Assembly (NCBI GenBank): GCA_036172245.1
Contig: JAYWIR010000001.1
Coordinates: 1,860,001-1,924,000 of the forward strand
Length of the DNA: 64,000 bases
Direction: 5' to 3'
Source: Raillietiella orientalis
Lineage: Eukaryota
Below the pieces are notes generated by a model. It was not told the origin of the DNA. It did no database searches and saw only the letters and a list, made by a program, of their open reading frames with translations. The stretch's first letter is position 1. Each line of letters opens with the position of its first letter. Positions 47,560 through 60,849 of the stretch are shown here, one piece after another. The position numbers were made by a program, and so were the translations under genes.

Positions 47560-50500
47560 TGAGCCAATTGCACCTCATCCCATCTGGGATGCTCTTCGTC
47601 AACCCGACCGCTCTACAGATTCTGAAGAGCGCGTTGCTTTAGTCAGGGACAGCTTCATCTCGTGTTCGCGCAGAGCTTTCCAGTTGACTGCTGCAGCCAA
47701 TCGATTTGCAGCTTCATCAGATTTCATTTTGTTTCCGATTGTTTTTTGGTACTTCTGGTGCGCATCATCGTTTCCTTGTGTCTTTCCCACGTCCTGACTC
47801 TTTCAATTGATTTCAGGGAGGTTGCACACGATGGAGGATTTCGTGTTGATGATGTCGAAGGTCTTTGGGTCTTTGGGCGGGTGCACTTTTCTGATAAACG
47901 CTTTCGTTCTGCGGCAATCACCGGTGTTTGTTTACCTTGGGCACTTTTTCAGGTTTCAAGGCACTACCTCCGTGGTCGTTGTGATGGTTTCTGTTAGCCA
48001 CGAATGCTGAAAGGAGCCTCTGTGTTCTTCGCTGTATTCTCGATCTCCTTCTTGCAGCTGCTTTGATGGTTTTTCTCTCAAGAACTGATTGATTTTGTGT
48101 GTGTGTGTTTTCCATGGAAGATGAGTGTTTGAAAAGACATGCCGGTACGAATTCAAGAACGAAGTCTTCAGTGTTGCATGCGCGCTGGTGCCCGCGTTGG
48201 CAGTTGTGCGGCTGAGGTACTCCGTGCGTGGTGCCGAGCGTCGCGGTTTTGAATCTCATCCGGGAAAGGGTCGAAGTCGAGAAATGGGTGCGTCATGGGT
48301 TTCGAGTTCCTTCCCTTCTCCACAGAATGACGCTGGTTGGCCTGATGAAAACTGGAAACCGGATTCTTCTTTCGACTGGTCGGGCTTGGAAGTCGACCTT
48401 TCCGGGGTCCTTCCAGGAATTACGGTGCTTCGGAGCTACCCTCCGATTGTGAAAAGGGAGCCGCTCCATGGAGCTGGTTGATGCCCCCCTCGGGGGATTG
48501 ACTTTCCAGAATGTCTGAAGCTCGCTGCTCCCTTCAGAGAAATTGGGAAGCGTCCCTTCGGGGCTCTCCTCAGAGGAGGAAACAAGGAGCGGTTCCCTTG
48601 CGGGTTTCCTCCGGAGAAAAAATTCAGGAACGGATCCTTCCCTGGTTTCATTTGGAGAGAATAAGGAAGAGATCCTTTCGGAGTCCCCCCCCCCCTCCCC
48701 AAGCTTGAGAGGAATGGGCTCCTTACTCCGGAGCCTTCCTGGATTCATAGGGTGGTCCGTCCTGGAGTACCCCCTATAAGTTGAAGAGTAACACGCACCC
48801 TCGGGTGGCGTGGGCAGTGTCAAAGAGCTTCGTGAGCCCCCCTAAGATGGCGAACGGTTCTTCAGCACTCCTTGGGAACCAAGGAAAAGAAAACCCGAAA
48901 AGAAAAAGAAAAAAATTGCTGAAAGGAAAACAGCGAAAGCAGAGGAAGTCAAAAGGATTTCCATCACCCTAGGACCCACATGTTTCAAACTGAAGCGAAG
49001 AAGCACGCGTCTTGTGGGAATGGTCGCTCCCCGTTTGCGTTTGCGTTGCTGCTGGGTTCGTCGCTCGCTCCCTTCGCCGTCGCGTTGGTGATTGTTTTCA
49101 CATGGCTTCAGCACCCGTCACTCGTCATCAGACAGGGCGGGAATACGAGGGCAGCGGCGGTCCTCCATGCAGGAGAGATACAGAGAGAAGGGGGAAAAAA
49201 ATCTCCGCGCTGCAGCATCGACCCTTGAGTTTCTCTGAATTTCAAGAACGGAAATCTTTGCCATCAGACTTTTTTCCCCCTTTTTCAAGATGCTGAATGT
49301 AACCAATTTCGATCTCATTTTCTCCACGTGCGTGAACTTGCTCCCCATTCTCTCCCCGTCTTCCATTTTTCTGAAATGCATTAAATTATCCCGCTTCGCG
49401 GGATGCGCGTTGCTCTCTCTCCGATTTCAGTTCTTCTGTTGGCTTGAGGACACTTTTCTTTTCGAGGTTTTTGCTGTGCCTTCGCGTCAGCACCTCGTCG
49501 CTTGGCTGTGCAGTGAGCTCGGCGTTTTCGGATAGAGGACACACAACACACACTTTCCAGAATGAAAACGGTTCGTCTGGTTTTGGGTTTCTGGTTTCTT
49601 TGGCTGAAAGGTGTGCGCAAGGTCGGCCGTTCCATCTTTCGGGAAACCACCGCGCGTCCTTTGCGTTTTGGCGCTGTTCCTTATTTTGTCTGGAATTTTC
49701 GCTTGCATTTCATCGAGGGACTGCCGTCTCCGGGAAGCGAAGTCGTTCCCGGTCAGTGAGCTGGTCACCCGAACCTCCGAAGGAGCAGTTTTGTCTGTCA
49801 CACATGGCCAAAAACTCGGGAAGGCGTTTTCAGTTTTCGATTGCTCGGGAAGCCGAGAGCGATCGCTTGGAATCGGGTCACATGGTACTGACGGACAGAC
49901 GAAACAAGCAAACAGTGCGTCATGAATGATTAACGAATACCAGCTGAGGCGGCAGTTAAAAATAGCTCGCCTTCTCCAAACTGCATGCAATTAAGGATTG
50001 CCTTCCGGCGCAGGCAGCTATCCGATACAGACGAAGGACGCTGTTTGCCTGCTCTAAGAGACCAGAGTCGCCAGATGAAACCTTCGTCCCCAGCGTCCTT
50101 ACGATCACGAGCTTCCTGTTTCCTCGTGTCGTGCTCGTGTCCATGACGTCATCACTGGCGCGAACCGAGAAAAGCTTTTTTTTTTCTTTTTGCCACAAAT
50201 CTGGCATCGTCTTCCTCGAAATCTTCCCGCCGTTTCCCGAGCACTTCCTGAACCAGCAGGACGGTCATCCGGATGGAGCAGTTCCTCGTCCTGATGGGGA
50301 AAACCAGGGTCCGCCTCTCAGCGGTCCCCGATCAGGCAGAGAGGGGGGGGAGGGGGAAGCTCCTCGTCTCCCTTCCTCTATTCCCGGGCCCGCCCCTCCC
50401 GGAAGTCGAGGGAAGAATACAAAGGTAGCGGCGGTCTTCTTGCAGGAGAGAGAGAGAGAGAAAAAAAAAACTTCGCGTTGCAGCAAAGTTGGTGTTGCAA

Positions 50501-50580
50501 GAATGACATTTGATAGCGCGCAAATAGGTAATGAGGCATCCAATGCAAATGTGGATGTGGAAGCTAGATGACTCTTCAAG
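47560..50580 (-). mobile_element. hAT19/CGGBP1-like transposase remnant, interrupted by a SINE
   Basis: 'LFSVRASDDVMDTSTTRGNRKLVIVRTL...LLEQANSV' (DETTD-GR...V-GTL...LE-N), 'EKASYF' (TD-A-YM), C-terminal 'WKALREHEMKLSLTKATRSSESVERS'. Confidence 0.55.
48190..48915 (+). mobile_element. Full-length tRNA-derived SINE (~720 bp), used as the reference copy
   Basis: Head GCCCGCGTTGGC with degenerate B-box, all body blocks, tail GGCGAACGGTTCTTCAGCACT plus A-rich end. Confidence 0.88.
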
Positions 50581-50699
50581 ATGCTAATCCCGTGTTGGTC
50601 CCCACTTCATCTGCTTGGAAACACAGGAAGAGAGCCCACAGAGAGGACAGCAATTAGGAGGAGCACAAGTCTGATGTGTCTCTTCAGAGTTGAGGATGG

Positions 50700-51413
50700 C
50701 TCGCAAAGTACTGAAGAACCGTTCGCCTCCTCAGGGAAGGACTCACGAAGCTCTTTGACATCCGCGCCACCCGAGGGTGCGTGTGACTCTTCAAGTTATA
50801 GGGGAAACCCCGGGAGAGGACCACCCTATGAATCCAGGAAAGCCCCTGAGGAAGGAGTCCGCTCCTCTTACGCTTGGGAGGGAACCCTCGTTCTGGTTGT
50901 CTTCTCCAAAGAGACCCCAGGAAGGGGCATTCCTCGTCTCTTCCTGGAAGAAAATCCAGAAAGGAACCGCTTCTGCAATTTCTGCTCCAGAAGGTACCCG
51001 AAAGGGAACCGCTTCTTGGTTTCGTCCTCTGAAGAGGACCCCGAAGGGAGCAGAGCGCTTCCTGACTCTCTGGAGGGGCCGCAACTAGCCACGTGGTACC
51101 CGATGGAGGGTCCCTCCACGAGGAGGAGGAAGCTCCAATTTCATAACCGGAGGGGAAGCCTGGAGGGCTCCTTGATTCCTGGAAGGACCCACGAGGGTCA
51201 ACTTCCAATCCCGGCCAATCAGCGAGGGCATCCGGCTTCCACCAGTTCCGCACCCGAAGCCTTCAGACCAGCCAGCATCAACCTGCGAAGTGGGTGGGTG
51301 TGGGGGAGGACTCGAAACCCCGACACTCATTTCTCGGTCTCGACCCTTCCCCGGGTGGAATTCGAACCCCCCAAGGCTCGGCACCACGCGCGGAGGTCGC
51401 AGCCAACACGGGC
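50700..51413 (-). mobile_element. Full-length tRNA-derived SINE
   Basis: B-box (reverse complement at 51357-51368); colinear with 48190-48915. Confidence 0.88.
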
Positions 51414-53279
51414 GTGTGGCTACGGTCGAGGATGTGGCTTCGACGAAAACTTCGGCGGCGGAATCGAGCGGTTCAAAACTTCAGCGTGAAGTGCGGATGG
51501 CTCCGTGAGCTCACCGGTGGTGCGGGGCGCGTCGCCAATGTTCCAGATGAGCGCGGCTACGAGCCTTGTAGCAGGAGGTTTTGATAAATCGCGCCCTCAC
51601 TTTTTACAGAAAGAGGAGTCTCCCCCGAGGAGTTCCCCCTCGCAGCCAAAGAAGATGCCGGGAAGACCGTCCCTCGGTCGTGGCTTTGCGTTCCTTTCAC
51701 AGTTTCACGTGGGCCACTCCTCGCCGCTTTCACGCTGCGTGACGTCATAGGCCGTGGTAAAGAAGCTGCGGCGCGATCCTTGCTGGTCGGACGCCGCCTG
51801 CTCCATCGCAGTGGGTCCGGTGCCGCACGCTGCTGAAGACTGCGGAAGTGGAGACTGGTTTGCGGCTTCGTCCTACGTGCATTCTCTGTTGGCTCGCGAA
51901 AGAAGCCGGCTGCCAACGGCAGGTCTTGCTCCGATGGAAATGGCGTCGTTTGGCACCTCCGCTCTTGTTTCTTCTTATTCCCTTTTCTTGTGCTCTGGGT
52001 CGGAAGGAGTCCCTGTCGCGTGGGAGGCAGCTTGGTGTTTCACGGCAACTTGCTCTCATTGGAGCGGCGGTGAAACATTGGAAAGCCTGCTGCAAATAGC
52101 AGGTTATCCATTTTTGATGGATACTCATGAAGATTCTTTTTTGCTTTTTTGGAACAGGGACTGGAGATTCTATCGTCCCTGCCTGCTCCCCCTGGGTCGG
52201 CGTTTCGTTTTTCGCTTGCTCTGCAAAATTCTCCTCTCCTCCCCCCCTTCCTTTTTTATCCCCTCAAAGCCTGAGGATTTTAAGAGGTGGCCGCTATTTT
52301 GTGCTCCATCCTTGTAGGTAATTTAATGTGACGTAGAACTGCATTCATCTTATGCGGTGCATCGAATCTGATAAGTTCGCACTCAGCATGAAACGCGCGC
52401 GCGATGGAAGATCAGGGGACAGATCCTTCGCCTGCCCTTGCCGATCTGGTTCAGCGACTGAAACCTCTCTCCGAGAAAAGTCTTCTCTGATGGCTTGCCA
52501 GGACGAAAGCGCGGGCGCGCGCGAGCCTTGCGGCAGCGGCGAAAAGCAACTGCGTCGTGGAGTGTGCGCGGACACAGGTTACGATTGCTCTGGTATAATA
52601 ATGGTTTCTTTTTTCGTGTGTGTGTGTCCCCTCGACCCCACTCTTTCATCAGCACTGTCCAAGAGGAAGAAAAAGGGAGTCCCACCACCTTCACGCACCA
52701 GTTTCGTCGAATCGCTACAGACAACTTTTACGGATAGATGGCAGGCGCGACGCAACCCTTTCCGTGTTCTTCGGATCCGTGTCGGTCGCAGCTCGCGGCG
52801 GACTCCTGGCTGGAAGGGTTGCAAGCCTTCCCTGATCGCAGAAGTCGGCCCGTCCTGTTCCTGCCGCCCAACGCGGTTTCGTAGGAAACCTCGCCTTCGC
52901 AGAGTGTGGCCGAGGAGGAGGCGGCGGCGACTCCCGTGTCTCTGTGTTGATGGGGGAGGCGAACTGTTCCTCTTTCCTACGCGGGCCGTTGAAAAGCCCT
53001 CTGATAGCGCCGTTCCCCAGACAGGGAAGGAAATGGGTGAACTCGTTCTTTGCGATTGATGGTCCATCCAGACGCTGGAGTGGCTGCGGATCGGTGACAA
53101 AAAACTTTTCCCGCCGCCGTTGTTCCTCTCCGGTTCTCGGTTGCGTTTTCGCCGGGAACCGGCGAAGGAAGCGCATCGATCCAAGCCGTTTGGGCCCCGG
53201 CAGCTCCTATGCATTCGCTCTGTTCCAAGAGGGAGAGCGTTATCTTGCATCCGAATCGTTGCTGGGCATCCTGCCGTCC

Positions 53280-53470
53280 TGTAGCCAGGCACACGACGCT
53301 TCCGTACTGATGAGGCTGTTTCTTCAGCGGGATTTGCCCACTCTTTCGCGTTAAGGATCTCAGGTTTTCGATCGGCCTTCTGTGCGTCCATCCTTCATTA
53401 GGCGATTCCCAACTTCCCTAGCCAGTAGCTCTGCGTTCGTAGGTGTCGCGTTGCATTGAAGATGGGTCTC
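53280..53470 (+). mobile_element. hAT (Ac/ZBED-like) transposase fragment
   Basis: 'RLFLQRDLP' and 'SSAFVGVALH' resemble I-D-P and S-LGVT-H. Confidence 0.35.
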
Positions 53471-53699
53471 AGCGAGCGAAGGCAAATAGAAGGGTTACCT
53501 TCAGAAGGAGCGGTCCGATGGATAACTTTCAGTGTAGACTTTTTATGGAAAATTTCTATAAAAGGTTCCATTTTTTTTTTCCGTATCAGGAAAACTTCAT
53601 TCGGCTCTGTAGGGAGCAGGAGTAAGGGATGGAGGTTGCCATCCGGTCACGCTGGGAAGTTTATTGAATCACAATCAACTTACAACCATTGTGACACAC

Positions 53700-54330
53700 A
53701 TTCAGTTCTGCAAAGGACCTGCTTGGCTGTTGGTACGCAGACCCGCGAGGTTCACCTCGGCAGCAGTGGGGAGGGGGGAAGAGAGACAAAAAGAAAAAAA
53801 TAAATAAAAAACACTATGGGGGGTGGGGTGGGAAGGGATTGCGGTCCTCTGGAGGGAGTCCTCTGCATCCTTTCCAGGATGGCGGCTAGGTCCGTCTGGA
53901 TAGAGCCCAGGCGAGGCCACCTGGCTGCTATCCGCAGAAAGCGGAGTGCATAGTCGATGGTTTCCCTTTCGTTCGCTCCTGCTTCAGCATCGTTCCAGGC
54001 CGTCACAATCCCGCGGATGCAGTAAAGTGCTGCTAGGGCTGCGGCAGGCGGCGGGGCATCCCGCACGAAGAGGAGCAGTGAAGCGTCCCCGAGGCTGCCG
54101 ACCGAGGTCCGCAGGGTCGTTCCAAAACATTCCTCATAGAGGCCGGAGGGCAGTGCAGTCCATGAGCGGCTGCGAGGAAGGATTCCCGTTCCCCGCACCT
54201 GCGTAAGAGGACGGAAGGACTCAGTGCTGGTCGTGGTTTGCTGGAAAAAAGCACGGATACTAAGAGATGGAGCACCAAGCCCGAGCATCCTAGAGGGTTG
54301 GAAGGAATGTGTCTGCCTTGATCCTCCACA
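53700..54330 (-). mobile_element. L1/Tx1-like ORF2 end and 3' UTR
   Basis: 'AALAALYCIRGIVTAWN' and 'ILERMQRTPS'; AGGATGCAGAGGAC (reverse complement at 53858-53871). Confidence 0.75.
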
Positions 54331-54550
54331 GCACTGAGAGCAGTCCGAAGAGCTCATTCAGGTCAATGGCGCTGATATTCACAGTATAATGGCGCCGATT
54401 TTATAGTGCACTTTACGATGTGCTATTCAAGACGGGTTATTTTTAGTATAATGGAAACTAAGGTTTGCGCCTTCTAGTGTATTGGACGTGTTCAGGGATG
54501 GTTGGTCCAAGAATCCGGAAGGAGTAAAAGCGTCAGTGTCATGCTGGGTC

Positions 54551-55350
54551 GGTATTTCTGGGCCGATACCTCTGGAGGTCACTTAATTGATATCATAAAG
54601 TTGTTGGAAGGCAAGGGTCAGCTTGGAGGTGGTCGGAAGGCACCGCGCGGAAGAATGGTGGAGGTGTTCGGTGACTCGGCCGCGCCTTAGTGCGGCGTCT
54701 GCGCGAAGCGGCCGGCGTTCGTTGCTGCAAACGAACCAAAACCTCGGCTTGCAAGAACGAACGCCGGGCCCTCAAGGCATCGGGAGCGCCGTCGAACGAG
54801 GGTGCGTCTCACTGGCAGAAGTGTCATCCCCAGTTCGAGTGGATCTTGGCGACCGGAAGAGGACGAGTTCTTCGATGCGGACCGGGCTGTTTCTCGTCGA
54901 AAGTGGGGAGGGAGGAAGGGTTGGCCTCCACCCGAGCTGCTCCAATCCCCTCTATGCGGAAGCAGCTTGCCTCCTCCAGAGGCACGAAGGATGTCTGCGT
55001 TCTTCCCCGTGAGCACAAGCAACCGGGAAAACTCTTTCGAGCGAGACCTGCTTCGGCCAGCTCTCTCGGCATGTAGAGGTAAGGAAGAGTTGCTGGTGGC
55101 TAGCAATGCCGCGATGACGGGAAGAAGGCAACCGGTAGCCCCAGATCCCTGAGGCGACAGCAGTCGGTAGTCGCCAGGTAGACTTGTTCGGGAGCAGACG
55201 CACACTGGAAGCCAGAGTCGGGACTAGGGCTCCAGGGTCCAGTGACTTCTTGCCCCTCGCCAAGCAGTCGTTAGGAGCGCCGGAAGAGACCGAGGGGAAG
55301 GATGAAAGCTGGATCTGGCAGTTACAACGAATCCGGTGCAGCAACACCCG
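54551..55350 (-). mobile_element. Decayed APE endonuclease of an L1-like element; 54551-54862 is duplicated at 61209-61518
   Basis: 'RHRGIA' (RGVA) and 'AVPSDH' (SDH); ~310 bp direct repeat. Confidence 0.55.
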
Positions 55351-56774
55351 TGCTGACGGCGCGGTCATGCCATCCACAGAGAACAGGTGTCTCTCTTCGG
55401 GATGCATTCCTGCCGCCTCCCGTGTTCGGGAAGTCTGGACCGAGAATGTCGTCATAGGCGTGTTGGACTTGGTTTGGGCCTGCTTATACAGATCCTATCC
55501 GCCGACTACTAGCGCTCCAGTAGCAGCAGCAGGATTCCAGGCTCACTGAGTCGAGACTCGCTTTCCTGCTTCGGCATAAGATCTGGAACGGTGGCGGCAT
55601 CGGCACGTCACTCCGTTTCGGCCATGTTGCGTCTCTTCCCGAAGGGGAGTTCACTTTTCATCTTCTCGGTGAAAAACCTCCTTGGTCTTCCAGGCGTTCT
55701 TTCCACTTCCTTCTCTTCCCACTTTCGAGTTGCCAGGCAAAGACGTTTTTGCACTGGCAAGTCGAAAGTGGCCCGGGCGTTCGGGGCATCCCAGTGGCGT
55801 GGCGGTTTCTCTAAGGCAAGCGCAACACGCCAAAACGAGGGAGGGGGAGGTTGCTTTCGGGTCAGGCTGCCGTGCAATTCAGGTCTCCGCAGCACAGGAG
55901 CGCAGCGATCTCCACCCCCATCCCCCCAAATGGCGCGCTCTCGTACCGAGTGTTTTCCCTCGCCTCTGTCTTCTCCCGGGCAGCATCAGTGCCTACCGCT
56001 TTTCCCGAAGATCTGCCTCACTCATCCCAAAACATCTCTTACGCCCCCTCCTTCGCCATCAGATGAAAAATGATTCGGGATTTTCCATCTGGCTCTCACG
56101 GGTTCGTTCGTCTTCGTCCGCGTTCCTCCCTCCTCGCAACAGCTCAATTTGTCTGGCTGGGCAATCCCGAAGAGATTACTTCGTTTGAATAGCGAGTGAG
56201 GTCCCAGGAAGAGCACCATCGCCGGGGGGTGATCGCGTGGCGCTTTCCACGTGCTGCACAACTCTTTGGCTGCAGGCAGCTGCTCGACTCCCGTGTTCGT
56301 GGTCATCTTCGTACGCTCCGGTGTTTGCTTTTCCTTCTGCTGCTGCTCCTGCCATTCGGCGGCGCATCTTTGCCCCTTAGAAGGAACGTGGTGGACCTCC
56401 GGATCAAAAAAGGCAGAGTCCGAAAAGCACCAGAAGACAACAGCAAAATAAATAAATAAATATGATTCTCCGGAAGAAAAGTCTGGTCAGGTTTAAGTGT
56501 TCGGTCGACCTGGAGACAAGTGAATTTCCGAGGTGCCTGCATCCCGTCGCATCCATTCATTTGAGGGAGGAGACTGCCCTAGGTCCTCGCAGAGAATAAG
56601 GCTACCGAAAGAGAAGTCCACTTGTAGGTCCTGTGGTCTTGGAAGGACAAGGAGCTGTCTCGGAGGGTCTGGAGACGTGAGAGCAGAATTCTTAACCTCT
56701 TTTCTTCTGCTGCTCGAGTTCCGTTGCACTTGTTTCCGGCAAACCTAGCCACGTCATAATCAAGAGGTTCACTT

Positions 56775-56950
56775 GCTCGCGTTGGTGGCCGCGTGGCTGC
56801 GACCTCCTCGCGTGGCACTAAGCATTGCGGGTTCGAACCACACTCGGGGAAGGATCGATGCCGAGAACGGCAGGTGCGTCGTGGGTTTCTAGTACCCTCT
56901 GCAACCGCTCCTTCTCGCCACCGATGTGCCGTCCCCGGTGATGCAACAGC
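56775..56950 (+). mobile_element. SINE head fragment
   Basis: GCTCGCGTTGGTGGCC...GGGTTCGAACC head sequence. Confidence 0.75.
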
Positions 56951-56999
56951 TCCTTGTGGCTGGTGTCCTTCTCGAAACCTCCGACGTCCGGATACAACG

Positions 57000-57330
57000 A
57001 AGCACCTTGGCGGTTGGAAGACGTGCGAGTTGGTTGGTGGATGCTGCCACTCCTCATACCCTGCCTGGAGACGCGACTCCTTCGGTCCCACCTCTCCTCC
57101 TTTTTGAGTGTCGTCCCCGAGGAACTTGTGGTCCCTCCCCATTGCCTGAACATTTCTGCATTCCCGCCCTCTTGGAAACAAACCATGCTGTTCTTCCTCC
57201 ACTGGGGATTCCCGTGAAACGAGCGCCGGCACCCTTCTTTCCGCAGGGGTTGCATCCCCGAACTGTGCCAGGCGCGGGTCGGCTCACGTGCGTTTCGACT
57301 GAGGTGCCCGCCAGAAACGGCATCGGAGGT
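57000..57330 (-). mobile_element. LINE RT fragment (RTE-like)
   Basis: 'EEEQHGLFPRGREC' resembles E-Q-GF-GR-C; 'LQAGYEE' resembles KAYD. Confidence 0.4.
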
Positions 57331-57949
57331 TGGCGTCAGCGCGCTCCTGCACCAGAAGGGCACCGCCCGCGACCTCCTGTGGCGGTTCTTCTCTCCGAGA
57401 GAACTCTCGACTGGCGCGGTGATCCCAACCACGGGTTGCGTCCGCGCCATCGTCACGGCCCGCCATGTGCTGGAGACGACGACTCAGCGAAGGGAGTTCA
57501 ACCGGGGTGGCAGCTGCCAACATGAGGGCGGCTGCAAGGTGGCCTCACCTGGAATTGAAGGCGGAGATCGCCGGTCTTGAAGTGAACAAACGGCGGACAC
57601 CGGTGACCCTTGTCCTTAGCCTCCTTTTCTTTTTTTGTTTTTTGTTTGTTTTTCTCATTTCCCACTCCCTTTAGGTGGTTCCGCACCTTCCTCGGTTTGC
57701 ATTATTCATCCCAGATGTCGTCATTTTTTCCTTCTTCTGTTGTTCCCTTTCACCTCGGTCCCGCTCCGGACTTTTCGACATCCGTACCTGCGCGCCGGTG
57801 GACCACCCTCCCACTGAGCTTCTTTTGTCTTCGTTTGGGAACCAGCATGTTCCCGACTGGTTTATTATTATTTTTTTTATGAAATAAACTCCCCGGAGTG
57901 ACTGGGTGGAAAACTTCCGGGTGTAGGAAATGATCCAGTCGAGAGTCGA

Positions 57950-58270
57950 AACAGTGTACGGTTGAAAAGAAACGATAAAGCAAATGAACGAGCAGGGTCA
58001 ACAGGGACCAAGCGTTTGAGGCCTCGCGACTGCAAGGTCGCTCGATTGACTGCGAGCAAGATCAAGTGAAATCTGTACACGCTGTGTACGCCTCGTACAG
58101 ATTCCGAAATACCTGTTACGGATATGCACATGTGATACGCCCCTCCCTGTACTTGCACGAGCGCTGCTACGGAGACAGTTTTCTTTCCGTTTCCGGAAAA
58201 AAGAAATTGCTTGCTCGAAGGAAAGGCCTCGTCTGTTTCACTCCTACACCCATCGAGCCTTATCTTTCGT
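57950..58270 (+). mobile_element. hAT dimerization-domain remnant
   Basis: Manual translation 'IPVTDMHM*YAPPCTCTSAATETVF' resembles P-L-A-YL-P-TSA-ER-FS. Confidence 0.5.
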
Positions 58271-60849
58271 CTCGCTTCGCCCTCTCGCTTGCCTCATTTG
58301 CAGGCTTCGATCTTCTCTGCTCTCAATTTCCTGTCAGACGGTTGCGAGGCTGTACCCAGGGGGGTAAATCAACCCCCGGAATCCGTGCTACTCTCAATTC
58401 CTGACTTTCTGTTTTGTGACTCCGGAAAGGCTACACATACCACCCTCTCGACTCCCCTCTCGCAGTGACGTTCCACGAGAAGGCCGTGCGAAGGAAGGAG
58501 GCTAAGAAGCATCCCTCTGAGAGGACACAGGGAAACACAGACGCGAATATTGCAAAGAAGGGAGAAAGGTCTCTCCTCTCCTTTGGGTTGGCAAACCTGA
58601 TGGGTACCCCATGACGACCACAAACATCCACTTGTCGACTCGTCTCCGCCTGTTCGCACACCTTCCCAGGCCGTTGCGGGAGGAACGAAATTTTCGTGAA
58701 GCTTCAGGAAGTTCACCGTCCATTCATCCCACAGTCCTTCGCAAGAGATGACGTTTCCGAGCACGGTCCCTGTGCTAGGTCAACTCCGCCTCCGAGTGCT
58801 TTCAGAATTCGACAGAAGGCGAGAAGCCACAAAGTGCTCCCACGGCTGCCGCTGCTGGCAAAGGATTCGTTAGCTCTCCCCTGTTCTGCCGCTCCCCTAT
58901 TAGCTCTTCCCTATTTCTGCAGCTTGCTGCCTGACTACTTTCCATCTCGTGATGGACCGGAATGCATCTGTAGTTCTGGGCTGTTAAATCTGTAATCTCC
59001 ATCTCGTCGCATGCAGTTATAACTCCAGGAGCAAACCGACCCGTGTCGAATTTATTTTAATTAGAAATGCTTTTCATAACACGCAATTTACTTTCCTACA
59101 TTCTGGCCAAATGGGCGGCTGTTTACGTAAAAGTGCCTTGGATGCTGCTGATATGTTCCTAATTAGTTCTTACTTCACTTTTGACGTAAGGGACCTAATG
59201 AATGCCAATAATGCATAATTGCACTTACGGGCTGTGGGCAAACGAATGCTGATTGGCTGGAAGGACAGAGATGAAGGATTTCTCTTTCCTTTTTCTTTTT
59301 GTTGTTTTTTTTTGTTGTTGTTGTTTGCAAACCTTCTGTTGTGATGTATTTTGTTTCTGGACGTTTCTCTCCATTTCGAGCTAGCTGAATGCTTGCCGAT
59401 CCCGTTCCCCGGTCTCGCATCGATCAGTTTGCATTCTCGAGTCTGCTTCCAGACTTCTAGGAGTTGAGGAACTCCCGAGAAGCAATTTGTCCGTTTCTCT
59501 GAAGTGCGGCCGTTGAGCTGGCAGCAATCGTCTCCGTGCGAAACGGAAGGTCGGGACGGTCCCATTTGCCTTCTCGCACGTTTTGCTCGCCCGGATCCTT
59601 GCGTTTGGTGGTCGAGGAGACCGGGTTGAATCCCAGCCGAGTCCGAGTTCGCTCTGCGGTAGCTGACCATCGTCACGCTTATCCGGGAGTCTTCCGAGCT
59701 AGTTTTTCGAGCTCGCAGCCCAGTCTCTCGTTCCGGAATCGCGCGATCATTTTTTCGTGTTACCTTGGAAGCGCAGATCAGCCTGGACTGGGATTAGACG
59801 AACGCTCCGTTCCTGGTTCCGGCCTTCGTCCCGACGGACCTTGAGAGCGCACGTGGCAGAATTCACGTCCTTTCCCGTTCTTTTTTCGTGTTGCATTTTC
59901 GACGCACGTGGCACCGTTCCCGTCTGGAGCCAACAACAGTCCTGCTTCTTGAAACGGCGCAACTCTCTGTGACTGCGGCACCACCAATCTATGGAAATTT
60001 CGGCTCGGAAACGGACGATGCCTGCTTGGAACCCGAAACGGCTCCTTAGTCACCATGGCGTTCCGTCCTGTGAATGCGGAAAGAGATTTAAGGTTTTCCC
60101 CTTCTTCCTACCCGCGTGTTCTCTTCCAATTTCACACTTACACCGAGCAATTGCCTTAAACGTGTGGTGAGGATGGCTGCGTCGTTTGTCGAAAGTATCG
60201 GCTCCATCTGCTTCCTCTGGTAGCGCTGACAACCTCCATTCATTCATTCCACCACTACAAGGACTTTGTCCTCTACTTCCGAAGGCACCATCTCGACCGA
60301 CTCCACCATCTCCACCACCGTCGTCTGGATAGACCTTTCCCACTTCCTCCAGTTCCGATGCCAACTCTCGCACCAACGGGACTGACCCAGCTGTCCCTCG
60401 TCGTACCACACACCCCGGGTCACCCTCCACTACCAGGACGCCAGTCTCTGCACAGCGTCACCACTTTGATTCATGGATGCGACTCGCCTCTCATTGCATG
60501 TTGTCGTGTGGGATGCGAATGAAGGTTCCCCAGTCGGTTCTGACTAAAGATTGAACTCGTTGCTAGGAATTCGGGCATGTCCCGAAGGTTCGCTGTTGAG
60601 CGGTGCAGCTCCCAGGCGGTGGGATGGTTTCGAATCGCGTCGTGGGATTACTAACCTTGAAAGTCGTCTGTTAGAAGGTTTTCTTAATGGTGATTGTCGT
60701 CAGTTTGTACCAGAGAACGAGAATCGAGCAAAATGGTTCCTGCGTGACCCTCATTTAATTCGAAACCGGGCTTGCAAAAGCAGGAAGGTCGCGACCTCAG
60801 GTTCGATGCCTGGACGTCAGAAAAAAAGCGTAAATTCGGGAAATCGAGC

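Noticed and set aside
50708..50760. Hammerhead ribozyme core (CTGAAGA...GAA) antisense to the SINE tail, and CTGATGA...GAAAC at ~48342
   Set aside because: No convincing stem II/III pairing, and the core is not conserved across copies.
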